From Eledone cirrhosa (lineage: Eukaryota): 64,000 nucleotides of DNA. Under the pieces are notes generated by a model. The model did not search any database. It saw only the letters and a program-made list of their open reading frames with translations, and was not told where the DNA came from. The position numbers and the translations under genes were made by a program. The stretch covers positions 46,810,001 through 46,874,000 of the forward strand of contig OZ024748.1 in assembly GCA_964016885.1 (NCBI GenBank). Reading direction: 5' to 3'. Each line of letters starts with the position of its first letter. Positions within the stretch are counted from its first letter, which is position 1. Of the stretch, positions 14,180-28,532 are shown in pieces.

Positions 14180-14303
14180 TAAGGTAAATATTGATGCAAT
14201 TCAAATGAAGCACTCAACGTACTTTTTCCATACAGCAGTGGCGGAGTGTATATCGAATAGGACAGCGAAGGAGTTTCAGATGTTAAAGTCCTTTAATAAT
14301 AAT

Positions 14304-14378
14304 GCTGTGATTCATATTTCAATGACAACAGTGGCCACACGGTTCGGTGCGCCCAGTGCCGTGACATCATCAGACAGC
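14304..14378 (-). ncRNA. Type I hammerhead (family O) in element 14178-14460
   Basis: gctgt-CTGATGA-stemII-GAAA-tatgaa-TC-acagc. Confidence 0.7.
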
Positions 14379-14534
14379 TTGTTACATAATAAGGTTATGT
14401 TTCCGAGGCAATCCAAATTGAATCGACATGGGAACGGACAAAGCCTGTGCTCTTGAGTTCTATATATACATACATTCATATTTATAGATATACCGTACAC
14501 ATATATATACGTATAAAAATACAATACATATACA

Positions 14535-14607
<73 letters not shown>

Positions 14608-14682
14608 GGTCAACAGAAAAAAATCCGACATATCCTTGCCCTCAGAAATCAACTGGAGTTCACTATATATAGATATATATAT

Positions 14683-14875
14683 TTAATATAGAAAAGGCTT
14701 CTACAGGACTAGAACTGTTTCATTAGGGAGAAATCATCCGGAACGCCGAATGAAACAGTTCTCCCGAATGAAACAGTTCTAGTCCTGTAGAAGTCTTTTC
14801 CAAATTAAATATTTATACTCTGCTTTGTATTGAGTACTTTACTTACTGTGGCTACCCCCGATTGAATCTGGCATA
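14683..14875. mobile_element. Palindromic mini-element family G
   Basis: Inverted ttctacaggactagaactgtttcatt arms; homologous to 61181-61373. Confidence 0.75.
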
Positions 14876-14884
14876 AATAAATAA

Positions 14885-14980
<96 letters not shown>

Positions 14981-15420
14981 TTATATGCATGTTTGTGTGT
15001 AAGGAATTGTATGCTTGAGATTACATTTATATGAGACCACGGGCAGCTCGTTTTTGTGAATGACTTACATTTACAATACCAAATCTTAAATATATATTCT
15101 TTATAAATCTCTCCCCAATGATTGACTGAATACTGAAGAAAATAATGTGAGATTTTTCATTATGCTAAAATTGCATTGATTTCAAAGGTTTGAATTTTCT
15201 ATTTCGGCCATTTTATCATCTTCTCTGATTTATTTTTGCAGCACAATCGAATTAAGATTCATCTAAGTTTCTCCTCAGTCTTACCCACTCTATCGTTTCA
15301 TTGATTTCTAATAAAAATGTTCAGAAGGCCTGGTGAATAAATATATATATAAAAATAACTAGGTCATGAATTGTTGATAAGTCAATCACTCTCTCTCTTC
15401 CTCTCTCTCTCTCTCACTAA

Positions 15421-15457
<37 letters not shown>

Positions 15458-15768
15458 AATCTCTCTCTAAATCTCTCTCTCTAAATCTCTCTCTCTAAAT
15501 CTCTTTCTCTAAATCTCTCGTTCCCTTCCTGTCTGTTTCTTTCTCACCCACTATTTCTATGGTTCAGAGAAATAGAGTTCACAAATAGAATATATATTTG
15601 TGTGTGTACATTTATATATATACACACACACACATATATATATATGTGTATATCTAAATGTATAAATTTATTTGTAGACGCACATTATATATATATATAT
15701 ATATACGTCTAACTCATGCTAGCGTGGAAGATAGACATTAAACGATGATGATATACACATACTTTAAT

Positions 15769-15863
<95 letters not shown>

Positions 15864-16518
15864 GCTGTCGGGAATAATAACGCCAACAGCGTTGATCATA
15901 TTTTCACTTTGAAATCCACAACTGGGCGCCATTTTAGAAGGATTACCGGATCTTTGAACGATGATAAAAAGTGGAAAATTTGCGTCCTGATAAAATAATG
16001 GCTTTTCTTATAGAACGCCTTTGGTTCATACGGAGGTAATTAAAGATAAAGATATTTTAATAATTTTTCTCTCGGACATATTTATATGAATCTTTCAATT
16101 ATATTTACAGCTGTCATATAGGATTAAAAGAACGAGTAATTAATTAAATAGATAAACGTAGGGTTAGATACCAGAAACTTATGAGAGAAAAACTGATTTA
16201 TCATTATACTAATATAACTGAGAAAGGTAGTATAATAAGGGTAGGTTTTTTTTTTTTTTAAATTATAAGAGTTATAGCTAGATGTATGTATATTTATATA
16301 TATAGATACAATTTAGCGAGAATCGCATTTCGGCGGGTAGAAATTAGCGAAACGCAACTTCAATAATGTGCAGACAAGCGTTCCATGCAAATGAAGAGGA
16401 TAGCAGAGCTATAAACATAAGTTAAAATGGTCATACACGCTGAGACGATGGTTAAGAAGCCATAGCGACCATAGCCAAAAAGAGCGAACAAGCTAAACGG
16501 GTCAAACAAAATGAGATA

Positions 16519-16547
<29 letters not shown>

Positions 16548-16551
<4 letters not shown>

Positions 16552-16757
16552 AAAATGTATGACCCCGACGGCAGAGCTCAAGTCGTTTCGACGGCTATTT
16601 CTGGACTAAAACTCAGTCCAGAAATAGCCTTCGAAACGGCTTGAGCTCTGCCGTCGGGGTCATACATTTTCCTATTACCCACTCTACTAGCCTAAGTATT
16701 GAGCACTCTGGTGCGTTATGGTCCATCTGCTTTTTACCCCTCTGTCACTCTCAATAT
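16548..16757. mobile_element. Palindromic mini-element family C (diverged)
   Basis: Arms ~16548-16607 and ~16615-16674 plus tail. Confidence 0.75.
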
Positions 16758-16867
16758 GTAGATTGCTGAGTTGTCTGTGGGTAACCACAGTTTAAAAGGT
16801 ACTCAATACGGACTGATCCTTTCATAAGAATCAAACCATTCTAGTAGTCTAGAAGACCTTTCTACAT

Positions 16868-16929
<62 letters not shown>

Positions 16930-17140
16930 GGGAGGGAGAGAGAGCGAGTACCTCTGTGGTTCTGATGCCCGAGTCCACAAATCATGGGAGTACTCAATGC
17001 ATAGGAAAAAATACAGTGGAGGAAACCGCTTATCTTCGCGGTTTGGTTTATACCTTATCCTCTCTCTTTCCCTCTCTTACATATATATATATATATGAAT
17101 TAGTTTTGCGAGGCTTTTGATATGAAATCGTGTGTCGAAA

Positions 17141-20100
17141 CAAAATTTGCCATCTACAAAAAGATTGACCCTATTGAGTGCAAAACGGAGCTGGAAAAGT
17201 GTTTCACAAAAATACTTTGGAATGCAAAAGTAAACAACAACAACTATACGGACAACAACAACAATAATAACGGTAGTAGTCATATAAACAATAACTCTGA
17301 GTATAGAAATAACAGCTATAATAGTAATAGTCATAACAATAACAATAGCAGGAGAGTGATAAATACTAATAATGTTAATAATACTAACGATAGACAGAAC
17401 AACAACAACAACCACAATAATAATAATAATAGAAACATTAACTACACTACAGACACAGCAGCAGCGAACACAGTAGTAATAACAATAACAATACGAATAA
17501 CAACAACAACAACCACAGTGGTAATAATAGAAATAATACATGTAACAACATGAATGATAGACACAACAAAAACAAGAAACATAATAAAAATAACAACCAC
17601 AATGGTAGAAATAACAGTAACAACAACAATAACGGTGGAGAAAACAACAACAATACATCTAACAATCACAGCAACAATACATCTAGCAATCATAACAACA
17701 ATACATCTAACAATCACAGCAACAATACATCTAGCAATCATAACAATAATAATAATGCTAATGATAGGAACAACAACAACCACCATAATAACAATAATAG
17801 CAACACACACAACTATGACGATAGATATAATGACAACCCCTTAGAGAAACCAATCTTCAACCCAGCTGACAAAACATATAAGATGGGTAATATCTATCCT
17901 ACGAGGTTACCCTTTAATAAAAGAGTTTGCATACCACAACAAATAGATGACGAGACAGAGGCACAGTTCACCATAGCTAGAAATAAGATTAGACAAATAG
18001 TAGACCGGTATACTAAGAGACAGAGCAGACCAGAGGTCCAACAACTTGGGAGGAAACCTGTAGAAGGCTTGGTTAGCCTCAAGCAGCGCACAAGGGATGG
18101 TGAGGTAGTATGTCTACTCACGGATAAGTCTGGTAGGATGTCAATAGACAGCATGCCAAACTACATCAAGGCTATGCAACCCCACATCACCAACACGAGC
18201 GAAATTGCACAGCAAATACATGATGGGAGAGAGAAAATACTCAACATGATGATGTGGACTGACATCCTAAAGCCAAGCAGACGCACTGCCAACAACTTCC
18301 AGGCGTCTAACAATGGCATACCACCCTTGTATGGGCTCCGCAAAGACCACAAGACAGTCGACAACCCGACAACAGGACCACCAACAATGTGGAGAAAATA
18401 TAGCTAGCAACTACAGGATCTCCTACTTCCTCTCAATGGTTATACGCCCCATAATCAAGATGTCCCCAGATGTATGTGACAGTACAGAGGACCTCCTCAG
18501 CAGAATCAGTAAGTGCAACAAAAACAGGAACCTATCCAACTGCATAATAGGCAGCATGGATGTGGTATCACTGTACCCATCCATTAACATTGATTTTGCT
18601 GTGGAAAAATGTGTGGAGATGATCAGTGAGAGTGAGGTGGAGTTCTGCGACGTCGACACATACGAACTGGGCCTCCTACTTAGACTTACCTACGACAGTG
18701 ACTACCCAGACAGCCATGACCTTAGACGTTTCTGCCCTAGTAGACCCATAAGAGGTAGACCCCCCACCATAACCTCAATGGCCAAAAAGACTCCCATGGG
18801 AAGGTGGAGTGGGTGGACCAAAAGAATGATCAGGTAAGAAAAATGGTCGCACATGCAAGAGGGGCTAGTATCAAAACTACCCTAAAGGGCCATATATTCA
18901 AGTTCAACGAGAAGGTCTACACCCAAAATGAGGGAGCAGCTATTGGCCTCAGCATAGCTGGTGACGTTGCCAACCTTTTTATGGTATGGTGGGAAAGGAG
19001 ACTTAAAGATCTCCTTGATGAGAGCTCCATAGACCTCATCATGTACTCTCGTTTGGTAGACGATATCAATATAGTAATAAGAACATCCCCACAAGAGAGC
19101 ACTAAAAAGTTTGATTTAGAACGTAGCACAATGGAAAGCATCCAGCAGATAGCTAATTCCATACACCAGAGTATAACTGTAACTATCGAATACCCTTCCA
19201 AACACCCTAACAATAGACTACCTGTATTAGACACGGAACTTTGGATTAACACTATGACGAGAGAGCCCAAATTCTTCACTCACACTATGCTAAACCCATG
19301 GCCTCCAAATACCTGATACTCAAAAATTCAGCAATGTCCAGTAGTGCTAAGTTTAATATTCCGATCGCAGACTTGGTACGAGTGATGAAGAACGTGTCCC
19401 GCATGTGCGACCCAACAGAAATGGAAAGACACTTCCAACACTTCATCAACCGCATGCAGTTCTCTGGCTACAACCAAAGAGACAGAATAAGAGTATACGA
19501 AGGAGCAACGGAGAAGTATAAAACCCTCATAGAACTGGACATGAATGGAATTTGCCCATTATACAGGAGCAAATCATGGAATAGCTTAGATAGGGCTAGA
19601 CATAAGATAGGGAAAGCCACCTCATGGTACGACAACCAGAGATACCAGAGTGTCATGTTTGTGGACGCTACCCCTGGAGGGAAATTAGCTAACCAGTGTA
19701 GAAAGGCCCTGAGAAAGACCCACTTAAAGATTAAGGTGGTAGAAAAGCCAGGAACCACCATAAAATCCCTGATCAGCAAAACCTACCCTTTTAAGAAAAC
19801 CCACTGTACTAATAGGAAATGTATCATATGTAAAGTAAACCCCCGGATAAACTGTAAAACTAGAAACGTAGTCTATAGCATGAGATGTACAGAGGGTACT
19901 TGCAGAAACATGACAACATACATAGGCGAGACAGCTCGTAGCATAGGTGAAAGGACAAAAAAACGATTCAGTACTATACGAACATGCCAAACAACAACAC
20001 GACGGAAACATAGACAACATAGAAATTAGAATAATATCTAAACATAGAAATGACGCAGCAGATAGGCAAATCAGAGAGGCCAGTGAAATAGAACTTAGAA

Positions 20101-20160
20101 GGCCAAGGCTAAACAGAAAAAAATGAATGGAATAACAACACCCAAACAAACAACACTGAC
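17141..20160 (+). pseudogene. Frameshifted PLE polyprotein (Asn-rich N-region, RT, GIY-YIG endonuclease)
   Basis: Fragments with LYGLRKDHK, GSMDVVSLYPSI, EGAAIG, YSRLVDDI, LPVLDTE and NVVYSMRC..YIGETAR across 5-6 frameshifts. Confidence 0.9.
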
Positions 20161-20436
20161 CTAAGAGAAGTATAAATAAATAAATAAATAAATAGATAAA
20201 TAAATAAATACATACACAAGCACAATAACAACAAACACATATAAACACACACTAGTAAAGATAGAATACATTAACCAATACGCAGTCACCCAAACACGAA
20301 CTCACATCAAACAAAACATTATACACACACGCAAACGCATGCGCAAACAAGACAAAAAATAAACAAATAAATAAATATATAAACAGACTAAATAAAGATG
20401 GCGTAGACATACAATGCAACGGGAGGAAACAATAGC

Positions 20437-20478
20437 ACCACTGACGATGTTGTAGATGTGCAACGAAAGAACTTTGAT
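20437..20478 (+). ncRNA. Degenerate hammerhead in the family 2 pLTR
   Basis: CTGACGA-tgttgta/tgcaac-GAAA-gaac-TT; weak stem I; - strand copy near 24079-24124. Confidence 0.5.
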
Positions 20479-20677
20479 AGACTATATATATGTGTTTGTG
20501 TCTATATTGTATCTGTATTATTGACCGTTGGTCAGTCAATGGCAACATTGAGGACCGAATAAATTAAATTAACCGATATAAAAGACACAGAAGCGAAAAG
20601 CGAAAACCAACCAAACAGTGTGTTCTGTTATTAATTCTGGCAATGTTACACAAATATGACTCTCCCCAAGTATAACA

Positions 20678-20720
<43 letters not shown>

Positions 20721-21361
20721 CATGCATACATTTATATGTATATATATATCTATCATATCGTAGCTACGTTTATTGCTACATTTATTACTCTTTCTGAGAC
20801 ATAAGATAATAATAATCCTATTGACAATCCTTTGCTTTCTCATTGTCAGAGCGCTCCGGTTAAAGTGACCTGCTGTTTTGGCATATTAGTTTTCATTCAA
20901 CTCAGTCAGCTACCAATGATATATTACGTTTAATTTTCACTGTTCAGGGTAATACTATCTCAGAAAATCAATTTAAGTTTTCTTTCTTTTCAATCTTTAC
21001 TATGTAAATATTAAAGGAAAACGTTTTTACTTTTTCTTACTCTGTGATATTCCAAATTACGGGGAAAACAAAACCGAAATATTCCCATTCACCACGTATA
21101 ATATTTCTATATTATATTAACAATATTTCTAGCCCCGTTCTAAACGACATCCATCGTTGTTTCTATGCAACTCTTGCCGGTGGCTGCGTAGTCGCTCTGT
21201 TGCTATCGTGAATGTTAAAATATCGCAACTCAGTAGTTTTGACAATTTGCCGTATGATAGCTTTGAATATAAAATAATTTTCCCTCGAAATATCAAAGGT
21301 TCTGCTGAGGGATGGAAGGGTGTTAATTTAGAAGGAACGTTGATCACCGCCCTGGTACCTA

Positions 21362-21557
21362 TAAGAGGGTCGGCTGAAAAGCTGAAACATTGACTATAAA
21401 GAAGTGATGCTGGAGCTGTGATATCTTGCATGAATTAATTTCAACTCTTATAAATAACTGAACCGTTTTCTTCCGGGACAATGTTGGAAAATAAACCTCA
21501 TTTCGTCATTCCATGAGAGTATCATTGTCAGCCTATGAACTTTTCAGACGAATCTCG
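21362..21557. mobile_element. Mariner-type MITE (second copy 21637-21837)
   Basis: Imperfect TIRs gagggtcggctgaaaag / cttttcagacgaatctc; two diverged ~195-bp copies. Confidence 0.55.
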
Positions 21558-21588
21558 GAAAAAGAATATATATATATATTTTCTTTCG

Positions 21589-21639
<51 letters not shown>

Positions 21640-22716
21640 GAAAGTAGGCTGAAAAGATCAGAAGCTGAATATGAAGGACTGATGCTACAGCTGTGAAATC
21701 TTACATGCATTCATTTCAAATCTTATTACTAACTGCATCGTTTCTTTCCAGGACAGAATGTTGAAAAATAACCCTTATATAGACATTCCATGAGAACATC
21801 TTGGCGAGATTATGAACCTTTCAATCGACCCCCGTTCACTCCTACCAAAAGCATTATTAAACTAAGAACAGAAACAATAAGAAGACATATGTTAACCTAT
21901 GTTATTGGACGCTCTGAGTAGTCTGTTTATCAAAAATGTTAGTTGCTTAGAAGACTACAAAGTGATAATGATAGAAATTGAAAATGCCTCTTTTATAACC
22001 ATAACTGTAATTGATTGAGAGTTGGTCGAAAGAGATTTGTAAATTGGAAACGACGTGATGTTAACAACATTCAAGATATATGATAGTTGTCATATGATAT
22101 ACTGAACAGCTAGTGAAGACACATATCTTAGTGGTTTAGTTGTTTCTCTAACGACAGTAAAGACGTAAGTTCGAATGCCGGCCGTGCTTCATGTCCTTGA
22201 GGAAAAAACACTTTGTTTCATTGAATACATATAGAAATGAGAAACCTCCTCGCTAGAACTGCCGTTAAAACGGTTAAATGTTGTCAAAGACAGCGATGGC
22301 CAAAAATGCCTCAGTGGATACAGACCAGCAGCCAGTGGTCCACAGAGAGACCAGCCACAAAATGGATGACAGGAAGGTGGACTATAGAAAAGATTGAAAG
22401 AGGAGGGGGACAAAGAGAAGTGCATTGGCACAAAAAATTGGCTGGAAGAAGGAAATAAAGAAAGGTGATGTACAAGACAAGTCCACACACATACACACAC
22501 ACACACACACACACAGTTCTCAAACTAGCAACATTGTTTCGCACGGTGGCTGTACAATACTATGCTAGCAATAATATTGTTTCTGTAGTTTATAGAACCA
22601 TCATTTCAATGGCTGAATCTCGCTGAGAACTGCGCTAAGCGTACATAGCATGCTAAAATACTTAAAGGTAAATTTCATGAGCAGATTGTTGCATTGATCC
22701 AAACATCCATATCACT

Positions 22717-22910
22717 CGTCATTGGATTCAGCGAAGGTCCAACGCACGCACACGCACACACACACACACACACGTCATTGGATTCAGCGAAGGTCCAACG
22801 CACGCACACGCACACACACACACGTCATTGGATTCAGCGAAGGTCCAACGCACGCACACGCACACACACACACGTCATTGGATTCAGCGAAGGTCCAACG
22901 CACGCACACG

Positions 22911-22945
<35 letters not shown>

Positions 22946-22990
22946 TTGGATTCAGCGAAGGTCGAACGGACGCACGCATACACACACGCA
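22717..22990. repeat. 5-copy minisatellite: constant 27-mer plus variable (CA)n
   Basis: cgtcattggattcagcgaaggtccaacg at 22717, 22773, 22823, 22873 and 22941. Confidence 0.9.
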
Positions 22991-23696
22991 CGCGCACACA
23001 CACATACACACACACAAACTACAGTATAATGAATTAAGGTGGGCGTCTAAGACTTTTGAGTGTGTGGCTCATCATCATAAGATGGTGGATACGATTTCCA
23101 CCGAGCAGTTCGAGGTTCAATAAGTACAACAAAATAATGTCAAACTTGAAGACCCTCATGATTAATTAGAAATAAACTACCATCTTACTCGGAGAAAATA
23201 TATGATCGATCCTGAAGAAAAAAAGAAAAAAAGCAATAGGTGATCTCTCTAATTACCTACCTATCATTTGGTTACCGAGAATGTCCCAGCTGCACTCATT
23301 TCACGAGAACACAACTTCATGTTTACTGACGAATAATAAGGCAGTTTGATAGGATGTATGACCGAAACACACGCACGCTCTTACTCTCCCATATATATAT
23401 ATATAATATATATATATATATATAATCTCTCTTTTTCTCTCTCTCTCATATATATCTATATCTTTCTCTCACTCATATATAATCTCACATTCTCTCTCTC
23501 GTGCGTGGGTGTAAAAGGTAAACAGAAATAAGAACACAATCAGTACAGTATATGTATGGAAGGAATATATTAGGTTAATGATTGCAGGAAGAGGGTTTTA
23601 AGGTTTCGAAATTATATAGATTGAAAGAACTGGTTTGGTGGAATTGGAAAGAAATGTTGTTAGATAAAAATACCAGGTCCGTTCATGTTGCAATGC

Positions 23697-23757
<61 letters not shown>

Positions 23758-23845
23758 CCGTAACTCTATACGTCAAAGCAATGAGAGGATATATGTATCG
23801 TAAGAGAGGAGGAGAGAGAGAGGGAGATAGAAAGCTGTGATACAG

Positions 23846-23870
<25 letters not shown>

Positions 23871-23876
<6 letters not shown>

Positions 23877-24300
23877 ATACTTGGGGAGGGTCATATTTGT
23901 GTAATAATATTGCCAGAATTAATAACAGAACACACTCACTGTTTGGTTGGTTTTCGCTTCTGTGTCTTTTATATCTGCGATCTAACTTACTCGGTCCTCA
24001 ATGTTGCCATTGACTGACCGGCGGTCAAAAATAATACAGATACAATATAGACACAAACACATATATATAGTTTACATAATTTACATAAATCTTTCGTTGC
24101 ACATCTGCAACATCGTCAGTGGTGTTATATTCATTGTTCCTCTTGTTGTGTTGTATGTCTACGCCATTTTTTGTTGTTCAGTATGTCTATTATATATTTA
24201 TTTATTTATTTGCTTGTTTGTTTATCTTATTTTATTTTGTCTTCTTTGCGCATGCGTTTGCGTGTGTGTATAGTGTTATGTGTGATGTGTGACTAGTGTG
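23871..24300 (-). mobile_element. PLE family 2 3' terminus (solo pLTR)
   Basis: Reverse complement of ~20250-20670. Confidence 0.85.
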
Positions 24301-24341
<41 letters not shown>

Positions 24342-24609
24342 CCCCCACACACATATCTATATATCTATATAATTGTTTCTACTTTTGCCATAAGGCCACC
24401 AATGATCCAGTGTATTACTGGTACTTTATGTTATCGACCCCGTAAGAATGAAAGGCAAAGTTAACCTCGGCGGGATTTGAACTCAGAATGGCAAGGGCCG
24501 TAACTCTATACGTCAAAGCAATGAGAGGATATATGTATCGTAAGAGAGGAGGGGAGAGAGAGGGAGATAGAAAGCTGTGATACAGTATATATATATATAT
24601 ATATATATA

Positions 24610-24849
24610 TTGTTATACTTGGGGAGGGTCATATTTGTGTATTAATATTGCCAGAATTAATAACAGAACACACTCACTGTTTGGTTGGTTTTCGCTTCTT
24701 TGTCTTTTATATATGTTAATTTAGTGTGTTCTAAAACAGTGAGTGTGTTCTGTTATTAATTCTGGCAATATTATTACACAAATATGACCTTCCCCAAGTA
24801 TAACAATATTTATTTCGATACACGATTTCATATCAAAAACCTCGCAAAA

Positions 24850-24856
<7 letters not shown>
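24610..24856. mobile_element. Palindromic family 2 PLE terminus
   Basis: Inverted ends 24610-24682 and 24735-24808; the right arm runs into ORF start MTFPKYNNIYFDTRFHIKNLAKL. Confidence 0.8.
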
Positions 24857-24909
<53 letters not shown>

Positions 24910-26202
24910 CACTCAAAATAAGCTTTCGTACAGTTTATGTTTACTAAATTCCCCTCACCAGAAGTTGGTAACATGTATCTATGTTAGAAATCCCTGGTAA
25001 GATAGAACCTTGATACCCGTGACTACCAAACAAATGACTTATAATCAGTTATAACCACCACCACCACCACCACATCAAGTGTCGAAAATATCTGAGTATA
25101 CGACCCCAATATTACTTCTCGCGTAATAGCTCTCGTTATGTATGTAAAATATGTTTCACACACATAAACATATGTCAGATTAAATATCTTTTTTGTTACA
25201 AACACACATAAAGGATGGACGTTTGATGTAATGTCTTCAAAATGGCGACAAATCTGGATATCAATAATCATGGTTTCGCTCGAAGAAATATCTCAGTTTT
25301 TATGAAGCTCACACCTTTAAAAATCCATATTTAATTTACATAATATCTGCACGATTGATATCGAAAGTGCCACATCTGAAGACGATTTACCATATTACAT
25401 TCTTCCATTTACATTTTTTCTTTTGAAGTCGTCCTCAATTTGAGAGAGCATTAAATATTACCTTTGTGCATACGGTTACAAAATTTTGATTAATTTCGAT
25501 TTTAGTACAATATTGGTTTTCACCTATCTCAAGCTGGGAAGCTAATATACCTACAGCGATATATTTCTTCATCGAACACGAGAAGATACATGCTTTGCCA
25601 TGTTACTCATATCGCTGTGAGATATCTACGTTTATTTACTTTGTTATGCGGTTTCTAGATTCGCTTACGTAATATCTGTATGAACAAAGGTCAAAGGATT
25701 TAATCTTCTTTTGCATATTTTCCATGTATTATCTTCACCATATACACGTGTGTATATGTGTATATATATATGAGAGAGAGAGAGAGACAGAGAGAGAAAT
25801 AGAGAGAGGGATAGTGAGATATAGAGAGAGTGAGAGAGATAAAGAGAGAGAGAGTCAGACGAAGAGAGAGAGAGAGAGAGGGAGAGAGAGGGAGAGAGAG
25901 GAAGAGAGAGGAAGAGAGAGGGAGAGAGAGGCAGACAAAGAGAGAGAGAGAGAGAGTTCTTATTCAACACCCCAACAAACCACGGACATCTCTCACACTT
26001 ACACAGATACATACATACAGACGCAGACACGCAAATATACATATATGGAGATAAAAAGTCAAATTCACATACATACATACACATATATGCAGATATGCAA
26101 AAATACATACATGAAGATTATATTCAAATTCACAATCACACATACATACACACACACTGACACAGACTTACTCAGACACACACACACACACACATACATA
26201 CT

Positions 26203-26234
<32 letters not shown>

Positions 26235-26407
26235 TATCTGCAGACACGCAGAGATATAAACACGAAGTTACAAATTCAAAGCCACCCCCACACAAATACA
26301 CACACATACACAAATATGCTCAGACACAGACAAACGCTTTCACATATAGACACACACTAACAGACACACACAAACTTACACAGACCCAGAAACACACACA
26401 AACACAC

Positions 26408-26482
<75 letters not shown>

Positions 26483-26811
26483 CACACGAACACACACACG
26501 TACTGAAGCACAAACAGTCACACATTGACAGATAGACACACGGACAGGAGAAAGAATTAGACAACCTGCGCTATTCTCAGCAGAATTAATTTGATAAAGA
26601 TATATCTTATGTAGCATGTGTTACAATTTGTACCTGGACAGTACAAATATGCATCTCACAATTGGAATGATTTCACTGGCTAATGTCCAGCTATGTCAAG
26701 CTGTCTCATCTTCCTTTGGCTGTTTCGTAGTCAATTTTGTCTTCGATTATATAATACACATACACATACATGTACTGAAACGCGAATATGCACATATATG
26801 TATATATATAT

Positions 26812-26890
<79 letters not shown>

Positions 26891-27065
26891 CAGAAACAGA
26901 AATATGCACACACGTAGACAAACACAAATATGCACACACGAGTGTATATATAGATACACACGCACAGATGCATACACACGTAGAGAAACACAAATATGCA
27001 CACGTGTGTATATATAAACACACACAGAAAATCACAAATTTGCACGCACATCTGTATATGAAAAT

Positions 27066-27126
<61 letters not shown>

Positions 27127-27165
27127 TCAACAACATGTGTACCTGTCTTTCCCACACCAATTCGG

Positions 27166-27220
27166 ACTGCCTGAAGAGGTCACAGCCAATGATGGCTGTG
27201 ACCGAAATATATATAGCAGT
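27166..27220 (+). ncRNA. Canonical type I hammerhead (family H) in element 27120-27372
   Basis: actgc-CTGAAGA-ggtcacagcca/tggctgtgacc-GAAA-tatata-TA-gcagt; perfect stems I and II. Confidence 0.9.
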
Positions 27221-27460
27221 ATATCTATAATTTATAATAAACGAAGCCAAATTTTACATTTTCGACTTAAATATTTTACATTACTCCGGAGTAACCAAAC
27301 CAACCTGCGTATTTCGTCGATTGCTCCAATCTGCATACTGAAGTGTCAGTAAACAACCAGCATATACTCAATATATATATATATATATACAATATATTAA
27401 TTGTTTCTACTTTAGGCACAAGGCCAGCAACTACCCAGTGCCTCACTGGTACTTTATATA

Positions 27461-27823
27461 CAATATATTAATAAATGGAAATTATATTTATGAAACCATA
27501 ATTATTTTATTATATATATTTCAAGGACAACCAAGGTAATTTTGGTGCGCTTTCATCAGATAAAATTCAAAATATGTTTTATAAATGTTGACATACCCGT
27601 AGAAAAACTACCTTGACGGTTCTTCTATGTTATCTGATGAAAGCGCACCAAAATTACCTTGGTTGCCCTTGAAATATATATAATAAAATAATTATGGTTT
27701 TATAAATATAGTTTCCATTTATTAATATATTGAATATTTACTCCAGAAAATTGTTGAGTGCTTTATATCAGTTATAAAACTTTTAAGCTTGTTAAATCCC
27801 AACAAATTAAATTTAACTTCTGC
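27461..27823. mobile_element. Palindromic mini-element E with hammerheads on both strands
   Basis: Hammerheads + 27630-27686 and - 27505-27565 (CTGATGA..GAAA-tatata-TA-ataaaa). Confidence 0.85.
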
Positions 27824-27857
<34 letters not shown>

Positions 27858-28192
27858 GGAGGCACATGGCTTAGTGGTTAGAGCATTGGCCTTGCAATCG
27901 AAAGGTTGTGAGTTCAATTCTCAGACCGGGTGATGTGTTGTTTCCTTGAGCAAGACACTTTATTTCACATTGCTCCAGTTTACTCAGCTGTAGAAATGAG
28001 ATGATAGGGATTGGGGTCCCTATCATTCCACTGCAAAGTGGTCGTGGAGGTGCCACGGCATAAAACCACCCAGCACTCACTGTAAATGAGGTTGGTGTTA
28101 GGAAGGGCATCCAGCTGTAGAAATCAAGCCAGAATCAGTTCCCGTCCCACCCTTGCAAGCAGGGAAAAAGCGGACGTAAAATGAAATGATGA
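27858..28192 (+). mobile_element. Full-length tRNA-derived CORE-like SINE
   Basis: A box tggcttagtgg, B box gagttcaattc, central ccttgagcaagacacttta, (TGA)n tail. Confidence 0.8.
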
Positions 28193-28474
28193 TATATATA
28201 TATGTAATAAAATGTTATAATTTGCTTGAAGCATTGTATATAATATATAACGTTGAAAGAGATAGAAGGCTAAACAATGCAATATGGACTGTAAGATGAG
28301 GTAATGAAAAGTAAAAGTTACCTGATAATCTTTGTTTTGTTTTGTTTTTGTTGTTCTTTTATCTGTCCAATATGAGAGAAAATGAGGAGAGTGATATTGT
28401 CATTCAAACTCTCTCTAATAATTCCATCATCATTTTTCTCTTGTCTGATTTCGTCTTTCACTCACTTTCTCTAT

Positions 28475-28522
<48 letters not shown>

Positions 28523-28532
28523 TATATATATA

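Larger units (their letters stand above)
17095..20670 (+). mobile_element. Penelope-like retroelement family 2, 5'-truncated with inverted 5' piece, in (TA)n
   Basis: RT and GIY-YIG motifs; 3' UTR ends atgactctccccaagtataacaat-(AT)n. Confidence 0.9.

Noticed and set aside
15863-15932. Minus-strand ATG in good context (MAPSCGF..)
   Set aside because: Runs straight into (TA)n with no splice donor or recognisable homology
22717-22990. CRISPR-like repeat-spacer look
   Set aside because: Spacers are just (CA)n, there are no cas genes and the context is eukaryotic
27858-27930. tRNA gene candidate
   Set aside because: SINE head with A/B boxes but no clean cloverleaf
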